Shown here: in pieces, positions 1 through 9,437 of the stretch
Layout: each line of letters begins with the position of its first letter
Numbering within the stretch: position 1 is the stretch's first letter
Source of the DNA: Alphaproteobacteria bacterium
GTDB lineage: Bacteria; Pseudomonadota; Alphaproteobacteria; GCA-2731375
Assembly (NCBI GenBank): GCA_965232515.1
Contig: CBDDPY010000002.1
Location: 5,280,001 to 5,344,000, forward strand
Length of the DNA stretch: 64,000 nt
Reading direction: 5' to 3'
Notes under the pieces: model-generated
The model's database searches: none
Told to the model about the DNA's origin: nothing
What the model saw: the letters and a program-made list of their open reading frames with translations, nothing else
Made by a program: the position numbers and the translations under genes

Positions 1-555
1 CCGTTCCGACAGCCAGATGGCGAGCCGCGTGCCGGCCTTGATGCCGCGGCTCAGCACCGGGTAGGCGGGCGCCTGCTCGGCGTCGTGTTCGAGTGCCGTT
101 TTCCGGTGCTCTTCTTCTTCCGCGCCGAAGGACTCAATGGTTTTTTTCAGCGCCGGCTCGTCGTCGCCGAGTGCGTCCGCCTGTTTCTTGTAGTGCTCGA
201 CGATCACCTCTTCGACCGCCTCCGTGCAGGCCATGGCGGCCTTCTCGCCGATCAGCGCCGTGCCCGCGCCCAGCATGAACCCGGCCGCGCGCCACAGCGG
301 TGTCAGCGCCGTCGGCCGCACCCGCCGCTCCACCAGCAGGCGGTTGAACTCGGCCAGGTGCACGTCCTCGGCCGCGGCCATTTCGGCCACCACCGGCTCG
401 GATTTCGTGCCGGCCAGGACGGCCAGCTGTCCTTTGTAGATCTGCACCGCGCCGAACTCGCCGGCCTGGTCGACGCGGATGATGCGTTCGATCAGCGCCC
501 GGTCCGACGGGTCGCCGGGCAGGCGTTTGCGGGGCGCGCGCTTTTTCGCCGTCAT
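1..555 (-). CDS. coq7: Demethoxyubiquinone hydroxylase (Coq7 family), 3' end runs off the window
   Basis: Manual translation from ATG at 555 gives MTAKKRAPRKRLPGDPSDRALIERIIRVDQAGEFGAVQIYKGQL, matching the Coq7 IRVDHAGEYGA di-iron motif. Not in the ORF track because it is partial. Confidence 0.9.
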   Translation of the reverse strand, partial: MTAKKRAPRKRLPGDPSDRALIERIIRVDQAGEFGAVQIYKGQLAVLAGTKSEPVVAEMAAAEDVHLAEFNRLLVERRVRPTALTPLWRAAGFMLGAGTALIGEKAAMACTEAVEEVIVEHYKKQADALGDDEPALKKTIESFGAEEEEHRKTALEHDAEQAPAYPVLSRGIKAGTRLAIWLSER

Positions 556-1052
556 GCCGATCGTCCGGCGCGCCGCGCCATGCTGAGGCTGAAGCCGGCC
601 AGCGCCAGCGAGGCCAGCAGGTTGTAGCCGGCCATAGAGATCCCGAACAGCGACCAGGCGACCTCGTCGCAGCGCACCACCGGCGTCGCCTGGATCTGCG
701 CCAGCAGCTCCTGCACCGAGCCGGCCGCGCCCGATGGGCCCGTGCAGGCCTCGGTGCCGGCCCACCAATGCTGCTCGATGCCGACGTGATAGCCGGCGAT
801 GCCGGCATTGACCATGAACGCGAGCGCGCACAGACCCAGCAGAATGGTCAGCGGCGCCCGGCGCCCAGCGAGCACGAGCGCCAGCAGGCTGATAGCCAGC
901 GCCACGCCGTAAGGCCAGCGCTGGTAGATGCAGAGGACACAGGGCTGAAGATCGAAGCCGTATTGCGCCAGAAACGCCGCCGCGAGCGCGCCGGCGCTGG
1001 CGAGTGCGATCAGGACCGGCGACCGTGCCGGTGTGGCCATGGCCATCAGCAT
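552..1052 (-). CDS. dsbB: Disulfide bond formation protein B family
   Basis: PCVLCIYQR motif, four hydrophobic helices, second Cys pair (EACTG...VRCDE). Confidence 0.9.
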   Translation of the reverse strand: MLMAMATPARSPVLIALASAGALAAAFLAQYGFDLQPCVLCIYQRWPYGVALAISLLALVLAGRRAPLTILLGLCALAFMVNAGIAGYHVGIEQHWWAGTEACTGPSGAAGSVQELLAQIQATPVVRCDEVAWSLFGISMAGYNLLASLALAGFSLSMARRAGRSA

Positions 1053-1094
1053 GGAGAGAGATATAGCGCTTGGACGGGGGTCGCGAAACCCGCG

Positions 1095-1673
1095 TCAGAG
1101 CAGTTTCAGTGCGGCGAAACCGCCCACCAGCAGGATCACGAACAGCACGAACAGCAGGTTCAGCCGCTTCTCGATGAAGCCGCGGATCGGTTCGCCGAAC
1201 TTCCACAGCAGCCCGGCGACGACGAAAAAGCGCAAGCCCCGGCCGATCACCGACGCGGCGAAGAACGCGCCCAGGCTGAGCGCTGTGACGCCGCTGGTAA
1301 TGGTGATCACCTTGTAGGGAAAGAAGGTCAGCGCGAAGATGAACACGGCCCAGGCGCCGTATTCGTTATAGCCGGCCTGGAAGCTGTCGAACTTGGCCGC
1401 GGCGCCGTAGAAATCGATGATCGCCTGGCCCACGGTCTCGAACAGGAAGAAGCCGATGGCGTAGCCCGCGAACCCGCCCAGCACCGAGGCGATGGTGCAG
1501 ATCGTGGCGATCTTCCAGGCCTGCCGGCGGTTTGCCAGCACCATGGGCATCAGCATGACGTCGGGTGGAATGGGAAAGAACGAGCTCTCGATAAAGCTGA
1601 TCGCGGCCAGCGCCCAGTTGGCGCGCCGGTGGCCGGCCAGGCGCATGGTCCAGTCGTAAAGCGGGCGGATCAT
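1095..1673 (-). CDS. YqaA/DedA family membrane protein
   Basis: SFIESSFFPIPPD and PYKVITI...GRGLRFF motifs. Confidence 0.9.
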   Translation of the reverse strand: MIRPLYDWTMRLAGHRRANWALAAISFIESSFFPIPPDVMLMPMVLANRRQAWKIATICTIASVLGGFAGYAIGFFLFETVGQAIIDFYGAAAKFDSFQAGYNEYGAWAVFIFALTFFPYKVITITSGVTALSLGAFFAASVIGRGLRFFVVAGLLWKFGEPIRGFIEKRLNLLFVLFVILLVGGFAALKLL

Positions 1674-1766
1674 CGGTGACGGGCCTGTGCGATTGCCAGG
1701 TCGGCGGGACGTGACGGCCTCTTATCAGCAAGGCCGCCTGCGTTCAACGGCAAAGGCCCACGCATA

Positions 1767-1794
1767 TTGACGGCGGCCGGGGCCGCTCTATGAT
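1767..1794 (+). promoter_or_regulatory. Sigma70-like promoter of the host tRNA-Leu gene
   Basis: TTGACG (1767-1772), 16-nt spacer, TATGAT (1789-1794), 20 nt before the tRNA 5' end. Confidence 0.65.
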
Positions 1795-1813
1795 GCCGCT
1801 CGCTGCAACCGCT

Positions 1814-1854
1814 GCCCCCGTGGCGGAATTGGTAGGCGGGCGTGACTCAAAATC
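1814..1854 (+). pseudogene. 5' half of host tRNA-Leu(CAA), truncated at the left att site
   Basis: GCCCCCG TG GCGGAATTGGTAGGCGG G CGTGA CTCAAAA TC, then non-tRNA sequence. The acceptor strand GCCCCCG and anticodon strand CGTGA pair with CGGGGGC and TCACG in the 3' half at 33818-33871. Confidence 0.9.
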
Positions 1855-1972
1855 GGCTTAAAAGACCCAAAACCGGTTTCATAATTCATATAAAACAATA
1901 GGTTATTGACGATCCCGGCTGATGTGATACCTTACACAGGTCTTTCACATTCTGGCCATTCGGGAGGGGTCA

Positions 1973-3151
1973 ATGGCCGATGCGAACATCAGCCTGATGG
2001 GCGGCAAGCTCCACGTCTACAAGCGGGAGAACAGCCGCTACTGGCAGTGCTCCACCTACCTGGCCGGCAGGAACCGGCGGGTCAGCACGAAGGAAGAAAG
2101 CCTGGCCAACGCGAAGCTCTTCGCGGAGGACTGGTATCTTGAACTACGCGGCAAATACCGCCGCGGCGAGGTCAAGAACGAGAAGACCTTCCGCGAGGCG
2201 GCGAAGGTGTTTGAGCGCGAGTTCGAGATCATCACCGAGGGCGAGCGCAGCCCCCGCTATGTGCAGGGCCACAAGGAGCGCCTGCGGGTGCATCTAAACC
2301 CGTTCTTCGGCAACAAAGGCCTTTCGGAGATCACGCCCGGTCTGGTCCAGGAATACCGGCTACATCGCCGCGAGACGTCGCGCACAGGCAAGCCGCCGGC
2401 GCGCAGCACGATTCATCAGGAAATCGTGTGCCTGCGACAGGTGCTTAAGACAGCCATCCGTCATGGCTGGTTGCAGCATCTGCCGGACCTGTCGATGCCT
2501 TACAAGACATCGGGAAAACTGGAGCATCGAGCGTGGTTCTCACCAGATGAATACCGCAAGCTTTACGAGGCGACGCGCCGCCGTGCCCAACAGGCAAAGG
2601 GCCGCCGCTGGCAATGGAATTGCGAACAGCTGCATGATTTTGTGCTGTTCATGGCCAACACGGGCCTGCGGCCGGACGAAGCCCGTCGTCTTCAATACCG
2701 CGATGTGGAGATTGTCGAGGATGACGCCACCGGCGAAACCATCCTTGAAATCGAGGTCCGGGGTAAGCGCGGCTTTGGCTACTGCAAGAGCATGGCCAAT
2801 GCGGTGCGTCCGTTTGAGCGCCTGGTCAGGCGCAACGACCCGGAGCCGTCAGACCTGATCTTTCCGGGCAACCACCGGGAGCTGCTGAACACCATCCTCG
2901 AGGAAGAGGGCCTGAAGTTTGACCGGGATGGCCGGCGACGCACGGCGTATAGCCTGCGCCACACCTACATCTGCTTTCGCCTCATGGAAGGGGCGGATAT
3001 TTACCAGATCGCCAAAAACTGCCGTACCAGCGTCGAGATGATCGAGAAGTTTTATGCCTCTCACATCAAGACCAGCCTCGACGCCGCTGCGATCAACGTC
3101 CGCCGCCAGCGGCCGAACCGCAACAGCCGACAACCGGCCAGTCCTGCCTAA
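1973..3151 (+). CDS. Tyrosine recombinase/integrase (Int1)
   Basis: N-terminal arm-binding-like region; catalytic motifs TGLRPDE, RGKRG, YSLRHTY and IEKFY; adjacent to the left att site. Confidence 0.92.
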   Translation: MADANISLMGGKLHVYKRENSRYWQCSTYLAGRNRRVSTKEESLANAKLFAEDWYLELRGKYRRGEVKNEKTFREAAKVFEREFEIITEGERSPRYVQGHKERLRVHLNPFFGNKGLSEITPGLVQEYRLHRRETSRTGKPPARSTIHQEIVCLRQVLKTAIRHGWLQHLPDLSMPYKTSGKLEHRAWFSPDEYRKLYEATRRRAQQAKGRRWQWNCEQLHDFVLFMANTGLRPDEARRLQYRDVEIVEDDATGETILEIEVRGKRGFGYCKSMANAVRPFERLVRRNDPEPSDLIFPGNHRELLNTILEEEGLKFDRDGRRRTAYSLRHTYICFRLMEGADIYQIAKNCRTSVEMIEKFYASHIKTSLDAAAINVRRQRPNRNSRQPASPA

Positions 3152-3197
3152 CGACGGACTTGGCCGTTGCGCTGCCAACGGTTATGTATGGCCCCGT

Positions 3198-3284
3198 GCG
3201 GGCGTGGCGGAATTGGTAGACGCGACGGCCTCAAAAGCCGTTCTTCGAAAGAAGGTGTCGGTTCGACTCCGACCGCCCGCACCA
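3198..3284 (+). tRNA. tRNA-Leu(CAA), island-encoded, intact
   Basis: Acceptor GCGGGCG/CGCCCGC plus ACCA, D arm GGCGGAATTGGTAGACGC, anticodon arm ACGGC-CTCAAAA-GCCGT, long variable arm CTTC-GAAA-GAAG, T arm GTCGG-TTCGACT-CCGAC. Confidence 0.95.
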
Positions 3285-3385
3285 ACAAAAGGGCCTGTCC
3301 CGTTCATGTTATGGGCGAATCAGCCACGCGGATATATTGTGGTGGTTCATGTTCATTAGTCCTTAGATAATGATAGGTAGCCGCA

Positions 3386-4519
3386 ATGGCACACGATTCC
3401 TCCCAAGTAGTTCTTCCGGATTTGGACTACGAAATGTGGGAGACAATTCGGGCGGAAATTGCAGCCGAGTACGCGGAACCTCACAACAAGCCCTGGATTT
3501 TGGGCTTCTCAGGCGGCAAGGACAGCACCGTCGTCGCCCACCTGGTTATCGAGCATTTGTTGTCGCTGCCGCGCAGCGAAAGAATCCGTGAGGTTCATAT
3601 CGTTGCCAACGATACGCTCGTGGAGAGCCCGTTGGTCATCTCGCATATCTGCAAGGTCCAGGACGATATCCGCAAGGCCGTCGATGCGTTTCAGCTGCCT
3701 GTCGTTGTCGAGACAACGTCACCGGACCCTGAGCATACCTTTTGGGTAAACCTCATCGGACGCGGATATCCATCGCCGAATCGGTCCTTCCGCTGGTGCA
3801 CGGATCGGATGAAGATTCAGCCGACCAGCACTTACGTCAAAAAGCGCGCCCATGAATCCGGTGAAGTGATCTTGCTCCTGGGTGTAAGGCGCGACGAAAG
3901 CGCAACGCGCGCCGGGAGTGTCGCCCGCTATGACAACGGTGAGCGCCTGAACCGCCATAATGACCTTCTGGGCTGCTGGGTTTTTCGTCCGATCGTTGAC
4001 GTGACAACGGATGAGGTTTGGGAGTTGCTGGCGACGGAGGTTCCGCCGTGGGGTGGGTCGCACGACGACCTTATAAAGCTGTACCGCAATGCCGGTGGTG
4101 GTGAGTGCCCGGTCGTGACCAGCCAGAGGGATGCGCCGTCATGCGGCACGACGTCGTCCCGGTTCGGTTGCTGGACATGTACGGTGGTCGAAAAGGACCG
4201 AAGCTTGCAGGGCTTCGTTGATGCGGGTTTTGGAGAGTTTACACCCCTGCTCGACTTTAGGGACTGGCTCGTATCGATCCGCAATGACCCGGAGAGACGG
4301 TTGGCGCGTCGCCGCGATGGACGCGTTACGATTGCATCAAATGGTATTCACATACCTGGCCCCTTTACACTCGCTACCCGAGCAGAAATACTGGAGAGAC
4401 TACTGAAGCTACAGCAGGAAGTCGGGCGAGAGCTTATTTCAGAAGCGGAGATAGAACGTATCCGAAGCCTTTGGGCGGAGGATGCTCTCAGCGCTGCGGC
4501 ACGGTCCGCAGCACAATAA
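3386..4519 (+). CDS. dndC: DNA phosphorothioation sulfurtransferase DndC (PAPS reductase family), short form
   Basis: PP-loop FSGGKDS, DTLVE, FWVNLIGRGYPSP, RWCTDRMKI and SRFGCWTCTVV motifs. Confidence 0.9.
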   Translation: MAHDSSQVVLPDLDYEMWETIRAEIAAEYAEPHNKPWILGFSGGKDSTVVAHLVIEHLLSLPRSERIREVHIVANDTLVESPLVISHICKVQDDIRKAVDAFQLPVVVETTSPDPEHTFWVNLIGRGYPSPNRSFRWCTDRMKIQPTSTYVKKRAHESGEVILLLGVRRDESATRAGSVARYDNGERLNRHNDLLGCWVFRPIVDVTTDEVWELLATEVPPWGGSHDDLIKLYRNAGGGECPVVTSQRDAPSCGTTSSRFGCWTCTVVEKDRSLQGFVDAGFGEFTPLLDFRDWLVSIRNDPERRLARRRDGRVTIASNGIHIPGPFTLATRAEILERLLKLQQEVGRELISEAEIERIRSLWAEDALSAAARSAAQ

Positions 4520-4549
4520 ATACTAGCTCCGCTGTATCGGGGGTCTTCG

Positions 4550-4756
4550 ATGCCGAAAAACGTTGTCGTGTTGCTGCAAAGCGACGAAGGGCGCTCTTTG
4601 GTTCGTAAGAAGTGCCGCGCAGCAAGTGTGCGCATGAGTACGGTCGAAGAATTGATAGAGGCTGAGCTGGATCAGCAGGGCAAGATGCGGAAGGCCGGTC
4701 TTTGGGAAGAATTTGACCGGGTATTCGACGAAGCCGCTCCGGAGGATGCAGAGTAA
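4550..4756 (+). CDS. Small Dnd-associated protein resembling the DndC C-terminal helical domain
   Basis: 68 aa between dndC and dndD; stop overlaps the dndD start (TAATG); pattern ELIEAE...RKAGLWEEFDRVF. Confidence 0.65.
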   Translation: MPKNVVVLLQSDEGRSLVRKKCRAASVRMSTVEELIEAELDQQGKMRKAGLWEEFDRVFDEAAPEDAE

Positions 4757-6822
4757 TGCATTTGCGTGCCGTGGATCTCCGGGACTGGCGCTCTTACCGA
4801 CACGCTCGATTTGAGTTTCCCACACCAAACGACGGCCGCAACGTCATTCTGGTTCGAGCACCCAATGAATACGGCAAGACGTCGTTCTTCGAGGCGATCG
4901 CTCTCGGTCTGTTCGGTCGAGAGGGGTTGTTCCTGGTGCCGCGCGCACGTGTCGCGACCAATGGTGATCTTTCCGAACGACAGGCCGTCACCTACAGCCA
5001 GTTCCTGGCCGGTACGCTCCACAGGCGTGCGCTTGCCCAGGGGCGGCAGAGCTGTTCCGTCACGCTTGAGTTAGAAGACGAAGACGGTGAACCCGTCGAA
5101 TTAACGCGCAAATGGCACTTCGCGTCGAATGGCCAGCACAAGCCTTACGACGATGAACTTCTGATTTTTGAAGGCCACGGCCGTCGCCCGGTGGCGCCGC
5201 CTGCTACGGTGACTGATCGCGACGGCTGGTACCGGGAATACATTGCCAACACCTTTATCCCTGCGCCGCTGGCTGAGTTCTTTCTCTTCGACGGAGAGCA
5301 GGTTCAGCGATACGCCAACCGGGGCATGTCGGGGCAAATTCGCATCGGCATTGAAGGCCTGCTTGGTCTTCCTGTTCTCCGAAGCCTGAAGGATTCGCTC
5401 CTGCGATATGCGCAGGCACGCCGGTCCAGTGCCGCGTCGCCCTCCGATGAAAAGGTCCGGGCAGTGGAGCTTGATATCGATCGCCTGAAACAGGATATCG
5501 CAAGCAAGGAGAAGGTGCTCGAAGACGTGGATTCGCTCCTTCCGGGATTGCAGTCGGAAAGCGATGAACTTGCGCAGCGTCTCGGCGGCGGCGGTGAAGG
5601 CACAATGGCCATGGTCGCCGACCTTATCCGCGAGGAAGAACGCTTTAGGTCGGAGGCGGGCAGGCAAACTGAAGCTCTTATGAAGCTGCTTGCCGAGGAT
5701 GTTTCGCTGGCGCTGGCTGGTTCCGCGCTCCGTGAACAAACGGTCAAGCGCTTGCAAGCGGAAGAGTTGCGCGAAAGCTGGGAGTCCGGCCGTAACCAGG
5801 GGAATGTCAATCTGGACCGCTACATCGCAGACCTGTCTGGTCGCGTTGCGAGTCTGGAACCGCCCATTGAAGGACAGCAGCGTGATGATGTTCTCGATGC
5901 GGCCCGCACGGCCTGGGAAGCGCTTTGGCACCCACCGCCGGAGGGATGTGCCGACGACTATCTCCACAAGGGACTGACTGGATCGGCGCGATCACAGGCA
6001 ATTGAGCGGCTGACCGCAATCGGTGAGCGCTCGGGCAGCGAACTGGCAAAGCTGATTGCCCAGCGACGATCATTCGTGGAAATGGCGGAAGCGAAGAAAC
6101 GCGAATGGTTGTCTGTCGAACAGAATGCCCCTGAGGCGGAGCGCCTGAGTGAACGCCTGAAGGAGGTCAGCGAAGAGATCGGTGAACTCAAGACCCGGCG
6201 CGACACGGCGAAGCGGGAGATTGAGTCTCTGCAAGGCGAGCTGGCTGCGCGCCTGCAGGAGTTTGGCCGCTATACCGACAGCATCGGACGCGGGGCGCCG
6301 GCGCTTCGTCGGGCTTCTCAAGCCGAAGCGGCCGCCAAGCTCATTGACGATATTCTCAGGGATGCAGTGCCGACGCAGGTGAATGCTGTGGCCGATGCGA
6401 TGACGAAAGCGTGGAAGTCGATGGCGCACATGGACTTCCGTGTCGATCGCATCGAGATCACTGCGGACTGTGAAGTGAAGATGCTCAATAAGAAGGATGA
6501 AAACCTGCACGACGTCGAAAAGTCTGCCGGTGCCAGCCAGATTTTTACCCAGGCACTGATTTGGGCGATCAACCATGTGAGCGGTCAGGAGTTCCCGTTC
6601 ATTGTTGATACGCCTTTGGCCCGGCTAAGCCGGGATCATCGTCTCGGCGTATTGAAAACCTTCCCTGATCGAAACGGCCAGGTGATCCTGCTTTCGACTG
6701 ACGAAGAGGTGGTAGACGACAAGCTTGAGGCGATTGAGAAGCGGATCGCGGCTGCCTATCAGCTGCGTGTGCGTGACGATGATGGCGTGGCGGTGACCAC
6801 TATCGAAGAAGACAAGCTGTAG
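4756..6822 (+). CDS. dndD: DNA sulfur modification SMC-like ATPase DndD
   Basis: Walker A APNEYGKTS, FFLFDGEQ, long coiled coil, signature KSAGASQI, Walker B IVDTPLARL, ILLSTDEE; follows dndC. Confidence 0.88.
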   Translation: MHLRAVDLRDWRSYRHARFEFPTPNDGRNVILVRAPNEYGKTSFFEAIALGLFGREGLFLVPRARVATNGDLSERQAVTYSQFLAGTLHRRALAQGRQSCSVTLELEDEDGEPVELTRKWHFASNGQHKPYDDELLIFEGHGRRPVAPPATVTDRDGWYREYIANTFIPAPLAEFFLFDGEQVQRYANRGMSGQIRIGIEGLLGLPVLRSLKDSLLRYAQARRSSAASPSDEKVRAVELDIDRLKQDIASKEKVLEDVDSLLPGLQSESDELAQRLGGGGEGTMAMVADLIREEERFRSEAGRQTEALMKLLAEDVSLALAGSALREQTVKRLQAEELRESWESGRNQGNVNLDRYIADLSGRVASLEPPIEGQQRDDVLDAARTAWEALWHPPPEGCADDYLHKGLTGSARSQAIERLTAIGERSGSELAKLIAQRRSFVEMAEAKKREWLSVEQNAPEAERLSERLKEVSEEIGELKTRRDTAKREIESLQGELAARLQEFGRYTDSIGRGAPALRRASQAEAAAKLIDDILRDAVPTQVNAVADAMTKAWKSMAHMDFRVDRIEITADCEVKMLNKKDENLHDVEKSAGASQIFTQALIWAINHVSGQEFPFIVDTPLARLSRDHRLGVLKTFPDRNGQVILLSTDEEVVDDKLEAIEKRIAAAYQLRVRDDDGVAVTTIEEDKL

Positions 6823-6834
6823 AGACCGTCCGCC

Positions 6835-8367
6835 ATGCCTCTGAGCATCATGGATGTCGTGAATTCGCAGTACCGTACGACAAAGGCGGCGGACGATCAG
6901 TGCGACCAGCTTCTTCGGCGATTGGGTTACAGGGTGCGGTACCTGCCGGCGCGCTTGGCAATTGCGCGGTCGCTGTCTCTACTTGAACAACCGGAGCCGC
7001 TTGGCTCGGGCGAAGAGGAAGAGATGGCCGTTGGTATCCGCGGTCAGCAGCTCTTCGGAGACGGTAGCGACCCTGCGGCCTGGATGGCGCTGATTTCCCA
7101 GCGATCAGGCACCAGCGACCTCGAACGCCGTGAGTTTCAGAATATTGTCGGCGCACACTGGCAACGCGGCGCGGACTTGTTGGCGAGGGATTGGGAGGAA
7201 TCGGCTGAGAGCCTTGGCACATTCGTGTCGCGTCTGGCTGAGCTTGCCAATCTCGCCATAGATGATGGTGGCAAGTCCTTCGGTGGAGAGTTTGTTGAGT
7301 CCCCGGCACCGCTTGCGACAAACGTGACGCTGCCAGTCGGGCCTGTTGCCGAGGACGCCGAAACGGGCGAGCCGGTGGAGTTTCCGCTGAACGCTCCCGG
7401 CGGCAGTCCGCACATGGCAATCATGGGTGGCACCAACTCCGGCAAGACATATACGGCGGTGACGATGCTGAAGCGGCTTAGGTCCATCGGGCCGGTGCCG
7501 ATTCTTGCGTTTGACTTCAAGGGTGACCTGTCCGAGCGGCTTGCGCCTGACATAGGTGCGGACGTGGTGTCGCCGCCCAGATCGCCGGTACCGTTGGACG
7601 TCCTTGCGGTGCAGCTGCAGGACGAAGTTGGACTGCGTGAGGCGGCGGGGCGCATTCGCGAGTCGATCGGTCGCGTAAAGAGTTCAAGAATCAGCGGCGT
7701 TCAGTCTGATGCCCTGCGCGAGGCGGTGTTTCAGACGCTGCGAACACGGAGGGATGATACACCGTCAACGCTGAGCAACGTGTCGCGCGCACTGGAAGCC
7801 GAGTACCAGCGGCGAAACCGCCGCCCTGACGAATTGACGGCGACCCTCAACGAGCTGAATCAGTTTTCCCTCTTCGATCCTCAAATGAGGCCGGAGGAGT
7901 TTTTTAGCCGGAGCTGGATTATCCGGCTGCCGCAGGATAGTACGGCTGAAGTGCGCCGCCTGATCATCAACCTGACGCTCGATGCGCTTGATCGGTGGCT
8001 AAACTCGCAAGAGGACGCCCCTGAGGTGGACGGCCGACGTGCATTGCGCCACGTGTGTATGCTCGATGAAGCGCATGTGATTCTGGCGACGAAGCTGCCG
8101 GCCCTGACAAACCTGATCCGAATGAGCCGGTCCAAGGGCGGGGTCATTATGCTCGTCTCGCAATCGCCGGACGATTTTGAAGGCGAGGAAGAAGGCTTTT
8201 TAGACAACATGGGGCTGGTGCTAGCTTTCAATACGCAGGCGAAAGCCGGACCGACGCGTCGGATTTTCGGTGCCGGTGCCTCTCTCCCTGACCTGACAGT
8301 CGGTGAAGCCCTGTGCCGAATTAGGTCGGAAGCCCGGACGCGCAGGATAACAGCGTGGCGGGCGTGA
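6835..8367 (+). CDS. DndE domain fused to a HerA/DUF87-like P-loop ATPase (DndEi-like)
   Basis: N-terminal ARLAIARSL DndE-like helix; C-terminal GGTNSGKT, FDFKGD, LDEAH and SQSPDDF motifs. Confidence 0.75.
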   Translation: MPLSIMDVVNSQYRTTKAADDQCDQLLRRLGYRVRYLPARLAIARSLSLLEQPEPLGSGEEEEMAVGIRGQQLFGDGSDPAAWMALISQRSGTSDLERREFQNIVGAHWQRGADLLARDWEESAESLGTFVSRLAELANLAIDDGGKSFGGEFVESPAPLATNVTLPVGPVAEDAETGEPVEFPLNAPGGSPHMAIMGGTNSGKTYTAVTMLKRLRSIGPVPILAFDFKGDLSERLAPDIGADVVSPPRSPVPLDVLAVQLQDEVGLREAAGRIRESIGRVKSSRISGVQSDALREAVFQTLRTRRDDTPSTLSNVSRALEAEYQRRNRRPDELTATLNELNQFSLFDPQMRPEEFFSRSWIIRLPQDSTAEVRRLIINLTLDALDRWLNSQEDAPEVDGRRALRHVCMLDEAHVILATKLPALTNLIRMSRSKGGVIMLVSQSPDDFEGEEEGFLDNMGLVLAFNTQAKAGPTRRIFGAGASLPDLTVGEALCRIRSEARTRRITAWRA

Positions 8368-8375
8368 CGGTGAAG

Positions 8376-9437
8376 TCAGGTTCCGCCGTAGGCTAATTGG
8401 AAGGCGTGCCAGGTTACTTCTGGACGCCCAAGAAGGTCGGGCTTCTGGCCCAGATCCTTCACAATCAGACCGTTCACTTCGGCAAGGTACCGTATTTCGT
8501 CGGCTGTGACGCTGTAGATGCCGCGTTCAAGCTGCGCCGGTCCATGCCGCAGGCTCACGTAAATCTTTCCAGCAGGCTTCAGAAGAGATGAAAGTACGGT
8601 CAGGGCCTTCGGTCGGTCCTCGGGATGCAGGTGCATCCAGACAGCACTGACGAGAATATAGTCATATTTTTGCTCGAAATTCAGGACTTTGTTCAGCTCA
8701 GGGAGTGCATCCTTTATCCATCGGATGCCTGATTTCGGATGCTGATTGCGCGCGAGAGCGAGCATCTTCTCGGAAGGCTCCACGGCAACGACATCTGCGC
8801 CGTGTAAAGCCATCCATGCTGCATCTCTCCCGGAGCCGGTGCCTACATCGAGCACATTCGGTTTCTTGTCTGCTGATTTGGTTATCTCGGCTGCGAGGTC
8901 GGGGTGAATATCCTCGAACTGGACGGACTCGTAGTTGTCAGCGAGGTCACGCGCGTAGGTGTCGTAATAGGCCAAAGATCGCAGGCTACGGTCTGTATCG
9001 GATGGTTTGGCCTCATTATTCACTAATAACGCTCCAAAGAGACCAAGGCTGATGGCAGCCGCTGCGCCGAGCAGGCATTGAAATACAGTTCTGACCAGCC
9101 TGGACCGGGTAAAGAAACCCGTCCCTTCGCCTGACACGTACCCTGCTGCGTTGTAGGCCTCGATCCAGTCGAGATACTTCTGCATGAGGTACCGAAGGCG
9201 GGTCAGCACAAGTATCAAGCCGATATTGCCCACCGCCGCGAGGAAGAGCAGTGCAAGCTTGAACAGAGCGAAATCGCCAACCTTGGTGACGCCGAACCAT
9301 AGGCCGCCGGTGAGGGTCATGGCAATCAGCGGGATTTGCCACATCAACTGGTTCAAAGACCTGAAGGTGATGCAATTCTGTTCGTATGCGACCTGCATCC
9401 GCTCGAATTCCATATCTTCAGGCGATTTGGTCATCAC
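8376..9437 (-). CDS. Membrane domain fused to a class I SAM-dependent methyltransferase
   Basis: About 3 hydrophobic helices in the first 140 aa; then LDVGTGSGRDA, VEPS, SAVWMH and LKPAG. Confidence 0.8.
   Translation of the reverse strand: MMTKSPEDMEFERMQVAYEQNCITFRSLNQLMWQIPLIAMTLTGGLWFGVTKVGDFALFKLALLFLAAVGNIGLILVLTRLRYLMQKYLDWIEAYNAAGYVSGEGTGFFTRSRLVRTVFQCLLGAAAAISLGLFGALLVNNEAKPSDTDRSLRSLAYYDTYARDLADNYESVQFEDIHPDLAAEITKSADKKPNVLDVGTGSGRDAAWMALHGADVVAVEPSEKMLALARNQHPKSGIRWIKDALPELNKVLNFEQKYDYILVSAVWMHLHPEDRPKALTVLSSLLKPAGKIYVSLRHGPAQLERGIYSVTADEIRYLAEVNGLIVKDLGQKPDLLGRPEVTWHAFQLAYGGT

Noticed and set aside
85-808. Track ORFs 85-627 (+) and 134-808 (-)
   Set aside because: Antisense or off-frame shadows of the partial coq7 and dsbB genes.
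6835-8367. Calling this gene dndH or a wholly new fusion
   Set aside because: Too short for DndH, no dndFG beside it, and DndE-helicase fusions (DndEi) are already described.
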